Shown piece after piece: positions 27,696-38,919 of a DNA stretch of 44,333 nt. The stretch covers positions 1 to 44,333 of the forward strand of contig JAOQIN010000010.1 in the NCBI GenBank assembly GCA_026134085.1, read 5' to 3'. Source of the DNA: Candidatus Methanoxibalbensis ujae. GTDB lineage: Archaea > Halobacteriota > Syntropharchaeia > Alkanophagales > Methanospirareceae. Each line of letters begins with the position of its first letter. Within the stretch, counting starts at the first letter, position 1. The position numbers were made by a program, and so were the translations under genes. A model generated the notes under the pieces. It searched no databases. It was not told where the DNA came from and saw nothing but the letters and a program-made list of their open reading frames with translations.

Positions 27696-27717
27696 ATCCC
27701 TTCACTTCCGGCGCTGC

Positions 27718-28461
27718 CTATTCGCTTCTTTCGCTGTCCTGCTGCTCCCTCCTCACACGCTCAACATATCGCTCAACCTCTTCATTGCTCAGTATCCTGA
27801 ACTTCTCCTTGGAGAGATCAGCGATGCCTATATCAACATTCATCGCCGAAGCACCTCCCTCAGACACCCTGAAGAGCGCTTTCAGGCCCAGATGGATCGC
27901 ATCATCGCACGTCATCTGCATGTCATATTCGCTCTCCAGCGCCTCAATGACGGAGTTCCTGCCCGCACCTATGGCCGTGGCCTTGTATTCAAGCAGAGCG
28001 CCACTTGGATCTGTCTCAAACAGATAGCATTCTCCCTCATACACACCTGCAAGCAGTAACGCAGTTCCAAAAGGGCGCAAACCTCCTATTTGCGTGTAAA
28101 TCTGCTTGAAATCACATATTTTCTTGGCCAGTGTCGCAACATCTATCGGCTCATCATATATTATGCGATTTATCTGTGCTTCCAACCTGCCTTTATCTAT
28201 TAAAACACGAGCATCAGCAACCAAACCTGATGTCACAGCTCCTATGTGCTCATCAATGAGAAATATCTTCTCAAGCGACCTGACCTCAAGCAGTTTCGAT
28301 GCAATTCTCTTGTCAGCAAGCAGCACAACGCCGTCACTCGCCTTTATCCCGATCGCCGTAGTCCCTCGCTTCACAGCTTCCCTCGCATACTCCACCTGAA
28401 ACAACCGCCCATCAGGGCTGAACACTGTTATAGCACGGTCATATCCCATTTGCGGAATCAT
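27718..28461 (-). CDS. psmA: Proteasome alpha subunit
   Basis: [25 protein letters not shown]. Confidence 0.98.
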   Translation of the reverse strand: MIPQMGYDRAITVFSPDGRLFQVEYAREAVKRGTTAIGIKASDGVVLLADKRIASKLLEVRSLEKIFLIDEHIGAVTSGLVADARVLIDKGRLEAQINRIIYDEPIDVATLAKKICDFKQIYTQIGGLRPFGTALLLAGVYEGECYLFETDPSGALLEYKATAIGAGRNSVIEALESEYDMQMTCDDAIHLGLKALFRVSEGGASAMNVDIGIADLSKEKFRILSNEEVERYVERVRREQQDSERSE

Positions 28462-28491
28462 CTCTCATCACCTCTTGCTCTCCGTTCAAAA

Positions 28492-28563
28492 TGGACTCGA
28501 CGGGATTTGAACCCGTGGCCTCCGCCTCGCGAAGGCGGCGCTCTTCCACTGAGCTACGAGCCC
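28492..28563 (-). tRNA. tRNA-Ala(CGC)
   Basis: Acceptor GGGCTCG/CGAGTCC-A with G3:U70; anticodon arm CCGCC-TTCGCGA-GGCGG. Confidence 0.97.
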
Positions 28564-28629
28564 ATCATTCTTGCTCTCACATTACAGTCCTCTATTCCCT
28601 CTTTTCATAATTAAGTTTTATCATCAGAT

Positions 28630-29391
28630 ATGAACGATCAGACCGTCGTTGAGGCGCTCACGCTTTTCGGCATGGGGTTCATAACGGGATTGAGTGGTGC
28701 TGCCATTCCGGGACCCCTCTTCGCATTCGTCATTTCCGACACCCTTAAAAAAGGATTCCTGTCAGGCCCTCTCACCGCTCTTGGACATGTTATCGTGGAA
28801 CTCCCCGTCATCGTCGCATTTATGCTCGGCATAGGCGCTCTGCTTATGGGCTTTCAGCATTTTATATATGCTGTCGGCGGTGTTGTTTTCATAATTATGT
28901 CGCTGCACATAATGCGAGAAACACTCCATTACTCTCCATCCAACCTCAAACTTTTTTCTTCTGACAGATACGCAGATGCAAAACCATCTCAGCAGCTATC
29001 TCATCGGAAAATTCATCAGAACATATCTCAAAAAATGCAAAAATACGGTAAACTCAACTCAGTAATCGGCGGTTTGATATTCACAGCGTTCAATCCCTCT
29101 TTCATACCATGGTGGATGACTGCAGGTTTTCCCATTCTGCTCATGGGACTCTCATCATCACTTTCGCACACAGGCGTCATTATAGTTGTGATGGGGCATT
29201 TCACCTCAGATATCTCATGGTATTCGCTTGTTTCTCTTCTGATCGCAATGGGCAGAAAACACCTGATCGGTCGCTGGTACAGAACTCTCATGTTCATCGT
29301 TTCCTCCTTTCTCGCAGCACTCGGAATTTTTTTCCTGTTGTCTCTGATCCCCTTTTTCTCCGCTCACACACCGCTCACACACAATGCGTGA
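28630..29391 (+). CDS. LysE family transporter
   Basis: GLSGAAIPGPL, GH..VE, NPSFIPWW and GHFTSD; about 6 TM segments. Confidence 0.85.
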   Translation: MNDQTVVEALTLFGMGFITGLSGAAIPGPLFAFVISDTLKKGFLSGPLTALGHVIVELPVIVAFMLGIGALLMGFQHFIYAVGGVVFIIMSLHIMRETLHYSPSNLKLFSSDRYADAKPSQQLSHRKIHQNISQKMQKYGKLNSVIGGLIFTAFNPSFIPWWMTAGFPILLMGLSSSLSHTGVIIVVMGHFTSDISWYSLVSLLIAMGRKHLIGRWYRTLMFIVSSFLAALGIFFLLSLIPFFSAHTPLTHNA

Positions 29392-29440
29392 GAAGCAAAG
29401 CAAAAAAGCAAAGCAAAGCAGCAACAGCAGCGAGCGCCGC

Positions 29441-31063
29441 TCACAGCTTCACGAGCTTCACATCAACGATGTTTTTCACATTTCTTATCTCTGCGATTGT
29501 CGCATCGTCAACTTGGCTGTCAACATTCAACACCATTATCGCTTCTCCTCCCGGCTCTTTCCTGCCAACCTGCATTCTCGCTATATTTATGCCTTTGTCG
29601 CCCAGTATTGTGCAGACGGGCCCTATCACGCGCGGCCTGTCAATGAAAAAGCATATCAGCATGTATTCCTCAGGAACCGCATCAATTCTGTATCCATTTA
29701 TTTTCACGATGCGTGGCTCATCGCCCAGGTCCTCAAATATTGTGCCTGATACCTCAGTCACAGTTCCGTCCTCGGTGTGCATTGACACGCTCATGAGCGA
29801 TTTGAACATATCCACATCTTTCGTTCTCCTCTCAGAAACCTTTATTCCCATTTTCCTGGCCATGACCTCCGCGTTCACGATGTTCACACCACTCACAAAG
29901 TTTGAAAGAAATCCCTGAAGTGCTGATGCAGTGAGTATTTTCGTGTCCTCTGACATGATCCCCTCATATGTCAGCTCAAGACGCATAATCCTGCTGAGCT
30001 TCGGTTTGAGCTGTGCGCAGAGGCTGCCTATTTTCGATGAAAGCGTCAGATAGGGCTTCATCACATCCCAGCGCTCCTCCTCAAGATATGGCATGTTGAC
30101 GGCATATCTCACGGGTTCTCCCTTGAGAGCCCTTTCAACTTCCTCAGCAATGACTATTGCTGATGCTCGCTGAGCCTCCTCCGTTGAAGCACCGAGATGA
30201 GGGGTCACAATCACATTTTCAAGCGAAATCAGTTCGTTTTCTGGAGAGGGAGGTTCCTCCTCAAACACATCAAGCGCCGCACCAGCCACCTTCCCCCGCT
30301 TTATCGCATCTGCAAGCGCACTCTCATCTATTATGCCGCCTCTCGCGCAGTTTATAACGCGCACACCTTCCTTCATCCTGTCAAACGCATCCGCATTCAG
30401 CAGATGATATGTCTCATCAGTGAGAGGTGTGTGAACTGTTATGAAATCAGCACGCCTGAGAACATCGTCAAAAGACACAAGAGATGCTCCTATCTCCCGC
30501 GCTTTTTCAACAGATGTGTATGGGTCATATGCAATTATCCTCATCCCAAACGCCTTCGCCCTCTTAGCAACCTCAGCACCTATCCTTCCAAGCCCTATTA
30601 TTCCGAGTGTCTTTCCGTTGAGCTCAACACCCATGTATTTCTTGCGGTTCCATTTTCCAGCCTTCAACGATGCGTTCGCGGATGGAATCCAGCGCGACAG
30701 CGCCAGAATCATCGCGATCGTGTGCTCAGCAGCTGATATTGTGTTCGCCTCTGGAGCATTCACAACAAGAACGCCTTTCTCCGTCGCAGCAGACACATCT
30801 ATGTTGTCAACTCCGACCCCTGCCCTCCCTATAACCTTCAACCTGCCATCCGCTCCCGCCTCTATCACATCCGCCGCAACCTTCGTGCCGCTCCTCACGA
30901 TCAGCGCATCATACGACCGGATGATCTCAATCAGTTCCTCCTCCTTCAGCCCTTCCCGTATGTGAACATCCGCAAACTTCCTCAATCGCTCTATCCCATC
31001 ATCAGACAGCGGATCAGTGACAAGCACTCGCCATCCTCCATCAGATCCTCTCATTCCTCTCAT
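29441..31063 (-). CDS. serA: D-3-phosphoglycerate dehydrogenase
   Basis: RAGVGVDNID, GLGRIG, NCARGG, TPHLGAST and C-terminal ASB/ACT domains. Confidence 0.96.
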   Translation of the reverse strand: MRGMRGSDGGWRVLVTDPLSDDGIERLRKFADVHIREGLKEEELIEIIRSYDALIVRSGTKVAADVIEAGADGRLKVIGRAGVGVDNIDVSAATEKGVLVVNAPEANTISAAEHTIAMILALSRWIPSANASLKAGKWNRKKYMGVELNGKTLGIIGLGRIGAEVAKRAKAFGMRIIAYDPYTSVEKAREIGASLVSFDDVLRRADFITVHTPLTDETYHLLNADAFDRMKEGVRVINCARGGIIDESALADAIKRGKVAGAALDVFEEEPPSPENELISLENVIVTPHLGASTEEAQRASAIVIAEEVERALKGEPVRYAVNMPYLEEERWDVMKPYLTLSSKIGSLCAQLKPKLSRIMRLELTYEGIMSEDTKILTASALQGFLSNFVSGVNIVNAEVMARKMGIKVSERRTKDVDMFKSLMSVSMHTEDGTVTEVSGTIFEDLGDEPRIVKINGYRIDAVPEEYMLICFFIDRPRVIGPVCTILGDKGINIARMQVGRKEPGGEAIMVLNVDSQVDDATIAEIRNVKNIVDVKLVKL

Positions 31064-31147
31064 TCTATATCACTGCCCGTCTAAAAAAAAGTCGCCATAA
31101 AGTGCATTTGCCTCATAATATGAGGATATGAGGAGGGGGTGTCAGGT

Positions 31148-32365
31148 ATGAGCGCAAGGTTGCTTTTCCTGCCAAAGCTGCTTCCGAGGGCGGACATAAT
31201 CGGAGGGCCCATCCTGATCTACCACAGAATAAAGAACCTGTCGGCTAAGGGGCACAGGATAACACTCATAGCGCCAGCTTACGACGAGAAGGACATAAAC
31301 GACAGGAGTCTTGATTTTTGCGAGCGTGTCATCAAGATAAGATCGATGAAGGAGCGCCCGTTGCACGAGATAGAGGAACTTCATAAAAAGTTACGAAGAC
31401 CTCGCGCGTTTTTCCGCGGTGATGGAGCTTATGACGAGCGCCTGGAGAACGCATTTGTCAGTGTGGTTAGGGAAGAACATTTTGATGCTGTTATCGCCGA
31501 ATACTCAATGATGGGGCAGTATATAGAGGCAAATTCTGATGTCATACCGAAAGACACTCTTAAAGTGATATCTGTTCATGAGTGTTACACAAGAGCGCTT
31601 GAGCTGCGAGCCAGGAAGGGAGAGAGAATAAGCGATCATGAAATAAAAGAAATGAGAGATTATGAGTTCAAAATGTATTCCGCCGCGGATATTGTGCTGA
31701 CATTGACGAAAGAAGATGCGGATATACTCGCTGAATATGACAGATCTCTTCGGGATAAGATAAGAATAGTGCCTCATGGTGTTGACACTTCATTCTACAA
31801 GCCTCCAGAGAATAAGAGAGAGACAAAAAATATTTTATATGTGGGAAATTTTCTGCATCATCCAAATGTTGATGCTGTGAAAAACTTCATCAATAAATGC
31901 CTGGATCGCATTCTGAGTGAGGTTCCAGATGCTAAGTTCTATGCTGTGGGATTCAGTCCTCCTGAGGAACTTCTGAAAATGTGTGATGAGCATGTTGTGA
32001 TTCGGGAGGGGGGCAGCAACGAGAATGTCCGCAGGTTCTACTGGGAGAGTGATGTGTTTGTCGCGCCGATTGAGCTCGGAACAGGATTCAGAGGGAAGAT
32101 ACTGGAAGCGATGGCGTGCGCACTGCCTGTGGTTGCAACATCTCTCGCCACATACGGCTTGAACCCCATACATGGAAAGCACCTGTTCATAGCCGACGAC
32201 TATGATAAATTTGCGGAATATGTGATCATGCTCCTGAAAGATGCATCTCTGAGGAGAAAGATAGGGACCAACGCACTTGCGCTTGCGAGGAAATTTGATC
32301 ATCGCTTCGCATCTGAAACTCTTGAGCGAGTTTTGCTTGAGGGACTGCGTGAGCATGAGGCATGA
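31148..32365 (+). CDS. Glycosyltransferase family 4
   Basis: VPHGVD, GNFLHHPN and GTGFRGKILEAMACALPVV. Confidence 0.9.
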   Translation: MSARLLFLPKLLPRADIIGGPILIYHRIKNLSAKGHRITLIAPAYDEKDINDRSLDFCERVIKIRSMKERPLHEIEELHKKLRRPRAFFRGDGAYDERLENAFVSVVREEHFDAVIAEYSMMGQYIEANSDVIPKDTLKVISVHECYTRALELRARKGERISDHEIKEMRDYEFKMYSAADIVLTLTKEDADILAEYDRSLRDKIRIVPHGVDTSFYKPPENKRETKNILYVGNFLHHPNVDAVKNFINKCLDRILSEVPDAKFYAVGFSPPEELLKMCDEHVVIREGGSNENVRRFYWESDVFVAPIELGTGFRGKILEAMACALPVVATSLATYGLNPIHGKHLFIADDYDKFAEYVIMLLKDASLRRKIGTNALALARKFDHRFASETLERVLLEGLREHEA

Positions 32366-32424
32366 AGCGTGCATGAATTGAAGCGTGCTGAATTGAAGAA
32401 AAAATGAGAAGAGGTGAGCGGTGA

Positions 32425-33639
32425 GTGCGTGAGGAGCGTCGTGATGTTGTCGTTGTGGGTGCTGGACCTGCTGGCAGCGTAACTGCCAGGCGCCTTGCTG
32501 AGTGCGGTCTGGATGTGCTCATGATAGAGCGGAATCAGGAGATCGGTGTGCCGGTGAGGTGTGCTGAGGGCGTCAACAGGGGAATAGAGGACATTGTGCA
32601 TCTTGACAGGCGATGCATATCCGCTTCTGTGAGAGGTGCACGCATATACAGTCCTGATGGAACAGCTGTTGAAGTTGAGTCCGCGCGTGAGCGTGTTGTT
32701 GGATATGTGCTTGAGCGTCGCATGTTTGACAGATTTCTCGCAGCGGAAGCAGCGAATGCGGGTGCAGATGTGTGGGTGAAGACAGCGGCAAAAGGCGTCA
32801 TGAAAGATGATAACGGGCGTGTGTGCGGTGTTTACGCATGTCACATGAATGAGACTATCAGGATAAGGGCGGATGTGGTCGTCGGTGCGGACGGCGTTGA
32901 ATCAAAGATAGGCGAATGGGCGGGAATGCACACAAAGTTACGAATGCGTGACATGGCGATATGCGCGGAATTCATGATGAGCGGTGTTGAGATAGATGAT
33001 GAATACTGTGAGTTCTTCATAGGGAGTTTTGCACCGCGCGGTTATGCATGGGTCTTCCCGAAAGGAGATGGATGTGCGAATGTGGGCTTGGGGATAGGTG
33101 CAGATGTGTCTGCAGACAATCGCCGCGCATTTGACTATCTCACACAGTTCGTGGAGTCGAGATTTCCATCTGGAAAGGTGATTGCGGAGATGTATGGTGC
33201 CGTCCCTCTTTCAGGACCCGTCTATGAGACAGTCTCTGACGGTGTTGTCCTTGTGGGAGATGCGGCTCGGCAGGTGAACCCTATATCAGGAGGCGGTATC
33301 ACATATGCGATGCGCGCAGCTCTCATTGCTGCGGATGCCATCTCTCATGCATTTGAAGCAAAGGACTTCTCAAAACAGCAGTTACACGAGTATGAGCGCA
33401 GATGGCGAAAGGAGTTCGGACACCATCTTGAAATCGGACTGAAAGCGAAGGAATACTTCCTGAAAATGCCAGCCTCACGCATGAACAAACTCGCTCACTC
33501 AATCGCAGCCAGGGGTCCGGTAAAACTGAAAAATCTGAATTCTGTATCAATGCTCAAAGAATTCATAAAAAGAAGCCCATCAATACTCATAGACCTCGCA
33601 AGAATAATGACCCTGATGAGTGAGAGAAAATGGAAGTGA
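32425..33639 (+). CDS. Geranylgeranyl (digeranylgeranylglycerophospholipid) reductase
   Basis: GAGPAG, VRCAEG, RRMFD, PRGYAWVFPKG and GDAARQVNPISGGGI. Confidence 0.9.
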   Translation: MREERRDVVVVGAGPAGSVTARRLAECGLDVLMIERNQEIGVPVRCAEGVNRGIEDIVHLDRRCISASVRGARIYSPDGTAVEVESARERVVGYVLERRMFDRFLAAEAANAGADVWVKTAAKGVMKDDNGRVCGVYACHMNETIRIRADVVVGADGVESKIGEWAGMHTKLRMRDMAICAEFMMSGVEIDDEYCEFFIGSFAPRGYAWVFPKGDGCANVGLGIGADVSADNRRAFDYLTQFVESRFPSGKVIAEMYGAVPLSGPVYETVSDGVVLVGDAARQVNPISGGGITYAMRAALIAADAISHAFEAKDFSKQQLHEYERRWRKEFGHHLEIGLKAKEYFLKMPASRMNKLAHSIAARGPVKLKNLNSVSMLKEFIKRSPSILIDLARIMTLMSERKWK

Positions 33640-33716
33640 TAGATGAGGGGATGCGAGTAATGATATGGAATGAGAAATAAATAAGAAATAAAGTGATGAT
33701 TATAAAGTGATGAGAA

Positions 33717-34160
33717 ATGTCATTTGTGACACTTGTAGGTGCTCCATTTGCGAAGGAGGGCATGGAGTTCATATTTTTTGGAGGCACACGAAAATGTGAG
33801 GAGTGCAGATTGAAGGACACATGCCTGAACCTCGAGCCAGGGCGAAAGTATCGCGTGCTTCATGTGAGAGAGGGGTTTAAGCATGAATGTGCACTTCACG
33901 ACGGCGGCGTATGTGTTGTTGAGGTGGAAGAAGCTGAGATTGAGGCAGCATTGGAAGCGAGGAAGGCATTGGAGGGCTCAAAAATAAGGTTTGAACTGCC
34001 AAAATGTGAGGAATATGATTGCAACCTTCGCGATCTATGCTTTCCAGCTGGATTGAACGATGGTGAAAAATGCACTGTCCTGAAAGTTATTGATGAAACC
34101 GAGACATGTCCCAAGAAAGGGGTGTTCATGAAAAAAGTGCTCCTCAGACGAGACAGATGA
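33717..34160 (+). CDS. UPF0179 family protein
   Basis: VTLVG..FAKEG.EF, CEECRLKDTC.NLEPGRKY and Cys-rich C-terminal half. Confidence 0.88.
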   Translation: MSFVTLVGAPFAKEGMEFIFFGGTRKCEECRLKDTCLNLEPGRKYRVLHVREGFKHECALHDGGVCVVEVEEAEIEAALEARKALEGSKIRFELPKCEEYDCNLRDLCFPAGLNDGEKCTVLKVIDETETCPKKGVFMKKVLLRRDR

Positions 34161-34234
34161 GAGGACTTACTTCATTCCATTCCTTTCCATTTTATCTTAT
34201 TTCATCATTCATCTCATTTCATCATTTCATCATC

Positions 34235-35371
34235 TCATTTCATTTTTCCAGCGATCAGCTCGGAGGAGGCGATGAGGTCTTTTTTTGTGACAGCGCCCAC
34301 GAGCTTCCCCTCGTCGTCCACAACAGCAAATATGTCCTTATGCTCACGCAGCATGTGTTTGAGTGCGTCAAGTGCGATGTCCTCAGATGAGACAACTTCT
34401 ATCGGTTTTATGAAATCGGATATCTTGTGCTCTCTTTTCTCCTGTATTTCCTTAAGCTCTCTGAAGAACACGGATCCAACAGGCTCGCCATATGTGTTGA
34501 CAACGACATACTCGGTATGACGCTCTGAAGCCATTTTTTCAAGCACATCCTCAACAGTCATATCTGCGGAGACGAACGCCTGATCTCCTCTTCGCATGAC
34601 ATCCCCGACTTTCACATGCTCAAGCGCTGAGAATATGCGTGTTGCGTTTTCCTCCTCAGTTGCTGCGATGAAAATAAGTATCGCGATAAGCGATAGGAAG
34701 GGGCTCATTGGCGGTGCCGGCTCACCTCTCATAAGAGCAGCAGGATCTGGCATGAGTCCCACAACAAACATTACCACTGCAATTATCTTTCCGACGAGCG
34801 CTGCTTTTTTTGTGGCATCTACAAACCTCATCCTGCACGCAAACGCCGCACGAAGGAGCCTGCCGCCGTCCATAGGAAATGCGGGTATGAGATTGAAAAA
34901 AGAAAGCATGAAATTAAGTGTGCTCATGCTCGCTGCAAGAAGTCTTACAGGAGAAAAAACACCTAAATATTTCAGAAAAACATAGATAACGAGGAAAAAT
35001 ACACCTATAAGCATGCTCATCGCAGGTCCTGCAAGTGCAATTTGCATCTCTTTCCTCGGTTCCTTCGGTATATCTTCCATCATCGCAACTCCTCCAAATA
35101 TGAAAAGCGTGATGTTGTGTATTTTCGTGCCGTATTTAAGTGCGAAAAAAGAATGTGAAAGCTCATGAAGCACGATTGACAGGAAAAGAAGGAATGTGGC
35201 AGACGCTGACAGAATATATTTTGTGGTCATGTCAACATTATTAAAGCCTATTGGCGGGCTGTTCATCATGAAGAATAGGAACATAACGGGAATGAAAATA
35301 AGCATTGTAAAGTGCAATCTTATAGGAATCCCCTTAATTTTGCATATTTGCAGCGATGCATCCATCTTCAA
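34235..35371 (-). CDS. Site-2 protease (M50) with CBS domains
   Basis: HELSH, IALAGP, FNLIPAFPMDGGR and C-terminal CBS pair. Confidence 0.93.
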   Translation of the reverse strand: MKMDASLQICKIKGIPIRLHFTMLIFIPVMFLFFMMNSPPIGFNNVDMTTKYILSASATFLLFLSIVLHELSHSFFALKYGTKIHNITLFIFGGVAMMEDIPKEPRKEMQIALAGPAMSMLIGVFFLVIYVFLKYLGVFSPVRLLAASMSTLNFMLSFFNLIPAFPMDGGRLLRAAFACRMRFVDATKKAALVGKIIAVVMFVVGLMPDPAALMRGEPAPPMSPFLSLIAILIFIAATEEENATRIFSALEHVKVGDVMRRGDQAFVSADMTVEDVLEKMASERHTEYVVVNTYGEPVGSVFFRELKEIQEKREHKISDFIKPIEVVSSEDIALDALKHMLREHKDIFAVVDDEGKLVGAVTKKDLIASSELIAGKMK

Positions 35372-35668
35372 CCTTTTCCTCCTCTCTTATGAGATATCAC
35401 GCGACACACATAATATGCTCTCTTTTCATTTTTCTTTTTTCTGATTCTCCGAGACACGCTCTCCGCTCGTATCGTTCGGAGGTTCAGGGCAGGGCAAAAC
35501 AGAATAGTGCTGCCATGTGGCTGCCGGTTATTCTGAGAGCAACTGCACATTGATCGCATAATTCAGGTCCAATTATAGTTGAGAGCATGGAGACCATTGA
35601 AAATGAGGATTGAAGATGAGGAGGTGGAGGGAAGCCAGTTCTGTCAGTCAAAGCCTGATACAACTATT

Positions 35669-35811
35669 GTGAAGGCGAAGCAGGAGCACTGGATGGGTGC
35701 AGCGATATTATTCAGGCATAACAGCCCATCCGAAATGGGAGCCCTCATGTGAGGCAAAGGACAGCAAAGTTCCTGTTGGAACTGAGTTGAAGGGGAAATT
35801 ATGGGCGTCTT
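35669..35811 (+). mobile_element. Internally deleted IS200/IS605 tnpA fragment
   Basis: 35670-35704 matches 43919-43953 at 34/35 nt; 35717-35811 aligns with about 44099-44201. Confidence 0.85.
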
Positions 35812-35886
35812 TAGAACTCTCCCTGACTGATGGAGAGAGAATGAGGAGAAAGCAGCAGCACTACACTGCAATGACAATGACGATCG

Positions 35887-38800
35887 TCAAACAACGAATA
35901 TAGCGGGTCTTGTGGGTATTGCCGTTTTCCGTCTGTTTTTAGGGTCTGTGCGTTCATCAACGCTTTCAGCATCGTATATCTCAAAAGGACAGCCGAATTC
36001 CTGCTGAAGGAAATCCTGCGCACTTTTCAGCAATGTGATCTCGTCAACATCTGCAATTTCAGGCACATCACTCCAGCCCTTCTCGCTCAATCGCTCAACT
36101 ATTTTTCTCACTAAATCTGGAATCTCGCGGTGATGTTCTTTTATGCGCTCATCATTGCTCCTCATTATCGCTGGTATTATCTCATTCATCCCTTTACCAT
36201 CGCACAGCATGCGACAGACATTCGCGAGCAGATCTCTCTTCCATCTCTCTGCGACGAACAGCGTGATTTTCTGGGGGGAGATTCCCGTGACTTTGAGAAT
36301 TTCGTTCAAATCTTCAACGACACCTGCGAGTATCTCCTCAGATATCTCAGATTTCCTGTCGATGTAAGCATCGCAGACTTCTGGATAGCTTGCGAGCGAG
36401 ACGAAGCCCTTTCCTCCCATCCTTCTCCATATCTCCTCGCACACATGAGGTATGAATGGAGAAAGCAGCCTCACCCATACATCAAGCACATATCTCAGCA
36501 CATTCAAATCGGGATTTGCCGCCCTCCGCCTGAACCATCTCAGGTCATTTTCCATGTTGAAGAAAGCGTGCTGAAGTGCTTTTCGGCATTGAAGTTTCTC
36601 CAATGCGTCCGTCGTCTCTCTTATGTGGCGCTGAGTCCTGCTCAAAATCCATCTGCTCACACTGTCATCCGGCATTTCATATGCCTCCGCTGTCTTATCT
36701 GCCTCGGCTGTCTGATGTGCTGAGGATATCAGGTTCAGTATATCAACTGCAGTGTTGAAGAAGCGCTCAACATGCTTGCGAGCGGCGAACGCGAGGTCAT
36801 CACGCCAGTCGAAGTCCTGCCATGGCTCTGCAGCACTTATCAGGAAAAATCTGACAGCATCCGCTCCATAGCGCTCTATCGCATCGCTCAGAAGCACGAT
36901 ATTGCCCTTTGAGCTGCTCATTTTTTTTCCATCTTTCGTTGCCATTCCGAAGACAACAATTCCTCTCGGCCATTTCTCTCTCGGAAAGATGGCTACATGA
37001 TGGAAAATCTGAAATGTGAGGTGATTTCTCACGAGATCTTTCGCAGAAAACCTCAAATCATACGGGTACCAATACAGAAATTCACGCCGCATATCCTCAT
37101 ATTTCCCATCATATGCTTTATTGCCCAGAAATATGTAATCAAACGCATTTTCATCAACATCTTTTATTTTTTTGATTATATGAGAAATTGTGTAGTAGGC
37201 CATGTATATAGTTGAGTCGCTCAGTGGCTCTATTATCCATCTCTCATCCCACGGAAGTTTTGTTCCCAGTCCTATCCTGCGCGCGCATGCCCACTCTCGC
37301 AGCCACTCCACGGTCTGAAGGAACTCCGCCTTTATTTCAGGAGGCACGAATGATATTTCCTCTATGAGTGCTCGGACATCTGATTTCCAGTTCTCATCAT
37401 CATACCGCAGGAACCACTGATCGCTCATGAGTGACACAACAACCCCCGTGTTGCATCTGCATATCACAGGTCGCTCGCTGAACTCATACATTTTTGATGC
37501 AAGTCCCCTGCTGAGCAGCACATCCCTGACGCGCTCACGCGCCTCGCTGACATTCATGCCCGCATATTCGCCGACAATCATCTCTCCGCTGTTGAATTCC
37601 GCGGCATACAGCTCTTCAGTGGCTTTTTCAAGCCGCTCATCATGCTGATCCTCAATTCCCATCCGGTCAACGATGACTTCCGCTGGAGGAATGCCTTTCT
37701 CTCCGCCTCCGTAGGCCTCCGTGCGGATTATCGTCACCGGAGATATGTGCATGTATTTTCCGCTGCGATGAAGGTCTCTGAGTGCCACAAAATCATACGG
37801 AGCGTGAGCGGGAACACTCATCACAACGCCCGTTCCAAAGGAGGGATCAACAAAATCAGCAGGCAGTATCTCCACGCGAGTGCCGTTCATCGGATTGACT
37901 GCGAAATCACCAATAATGTCGCTTCCGCTCAGCTCTTTCTCAACCTCAACTGCGTATCCCTGATATGTCAGCTTTGATGCACATTCCTCACTTATTATCC
38001 ATCTCTCATATTCTTCTCCCTTATTTTCAGAGTTTTCTCCCCTATCTTCAGAGTCCTCTTCATTTTCATCTTCAGAGCTCTCACAGTCGCTTGTGCTGTC
38101 CGCTCTGTTGCCGGCATTTATGCGGACGCCGCTATCGCCGCCATGTCTTATGCGTGCGATGACATACTTCACATTTGGATTGACCCAGAGATTTGTCACG
38201 CCAAACACAGTTTCAGGGCGCAGTGTTGCAGCTGGCAGAAAAACTGCTGCGCTTTCACCATGACGGGGAATATGCATGAATTTCAAAAGCGTGAACTCAA
38301 GTATGGATGCACCTTCACCCGCAAGGAGGTCATGGTCCCCCACAGGATTTCCGCATGACGGGCAGTATTTCACAGGATGAACCCCCTTTCCAATGTAACC
38401 CCTTTCGTTAAGCTTGTTGAACTGCCATCTTATGAATTTCTGATAATGAGAATCAACAGTAGTGAAACATCTTCGCCAGTCTATGGAGAGACCGAGTTCC
38501 CGCATGACCATGCGGTATTCCGCTGTGAAGTATGAGACAATACGCTCGGGAACTACAAATTTCCTGAGCTCGTCCTCGGGCACCTTGTATATGTCGCGGT
38601 ATAAGCGTATTGCAGACTCATCACCCGCTGCTATCCTCTTTGATATTCCTATGACCGGTGTTCCTGTCACATGAAACGCCATCGGAAACAGAACATTGAA
38701 GCCCTTCATGCGTTTGAACCTCGCGATGACATCGGGAATAGTGTATGTGCGACCGTGTCCGACATGCATCGCACCTGATGGATAGGGATATGCTACATTC

Positions 38801-38919
38801 AAATAGAACTTCCTCGCAGCAGCACGCTCCGCAGCTGATGGCGCATCAGCTTGAAATATGCCTCTCTCAAACCACTCATCCTGCCATCTCCGCTCTATAT
38901 CCCTCAATTCCTCACTCAT
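35887..38919 (-). CDS. leuS: Leucine--tRNA ligase (archaeal type)
   Basis: [34 protein letters not shown] and KMSSS. Confidence 0.97.
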   Translation of the reverse strand: MSEELRDIERRWQDEWFERGIFQADAPSAAERAAARKFYLNVAYPYPSGAMHVGHGRTYTIPDVIARFKRMKGFNVLFPMAFHVTGTPVIGISKRIAAGDESAIRLYRDIYKVPEDELRKFVVPERIVSYFTAEYRMVMRELGLSIDWRRCFTTVDSHYQKFIRWQFNKLNERGYIGKGVHPVKYCPSCGNPVGDHDLLAGEGASILEFTLLKFMHIPRHGESAAVFLPAATLRPETVFGVTNLWVNPNVKYVIARIRHGGDSGVRINAGNRADSTSDCESSEDENEEDSEDRGENSENKGEEYERWIISEECASKLTYQGYAVEVEKELSGSDIIGDFAVNPMNGTRVEILPADFVDPSFGTGVVMSVPAHAPYDFVALRDLHRSGKYMHISPVTIIRTEAYGGGEKGIPPAEVIVDRMGIEDQHDERLEKATEELYAAEFNSGEMIVGEYAGMNVSEARERVRDVLLSRGLASKMYEFSERPVICRCNTGVVVSLMSDQWFLRYDDENWKSDVRALIEEISFVPPEIKAEFLQTVEWLREWACARRIGLGTKLPWDERWIIEPLSDSTIYMAYYTISHIIKKIKDVDENAFDYIFLGNKAYDGKYEDMRREFLYWYPYDLRFSAKDLVRNHLTFQIFHHVAIFPREKWPRGIVVFGMATKDGKKMSSSKGNIVLLSDAIERYGADAVRFFLISAAEPWQDFDWRDDLAFAARKHVERFFNTAVDILNLISSAHQTAEADKTAEAYEMPDDSVSRWILSRTQRHIRETTDALEKLQCRKALQHAFFNMENDLRWFRRRAANPDLNVLRYVLDVWVRLLSPFIPHVCEEIWRRMGGKGFVSLASYPEVCDAYIDRKSEISEEILAGVVEDLNEILKVTGISPQKITLFVAERWKRDLLANVCRMLCDGKGMNEIIPAIMRSNDERIKEHHREIPDLVRKIVERLSEKGWSDVPEIADVDEITLLKSAQDFLQQEFGCPFEIYDAESVDERTDPKNRRKTAIPTRPAIFVV

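Noticed and set aside
11021..28563. Integrated element at a tRNA gene
   Set aside because: No integrase and no long duplicated tRNA 3' end; only a 7-bp tandem duplication at tRNA-Gly.
35488..35545. c-di-GMP-I-like riboswitch (GGGCAAA + CAGAATA/TATTCTG stem)
   Set aside because: It lacks the GNRA loop and second stem, is on the opposite strand to the flanking genes, and lies beside IS debris.
38011..38145. Intein in LeuRS or ABCE1 inserts
   Set aside because: The inserts are too short and low-complexity, with no C/S...HN-C/S/T splice junctions.
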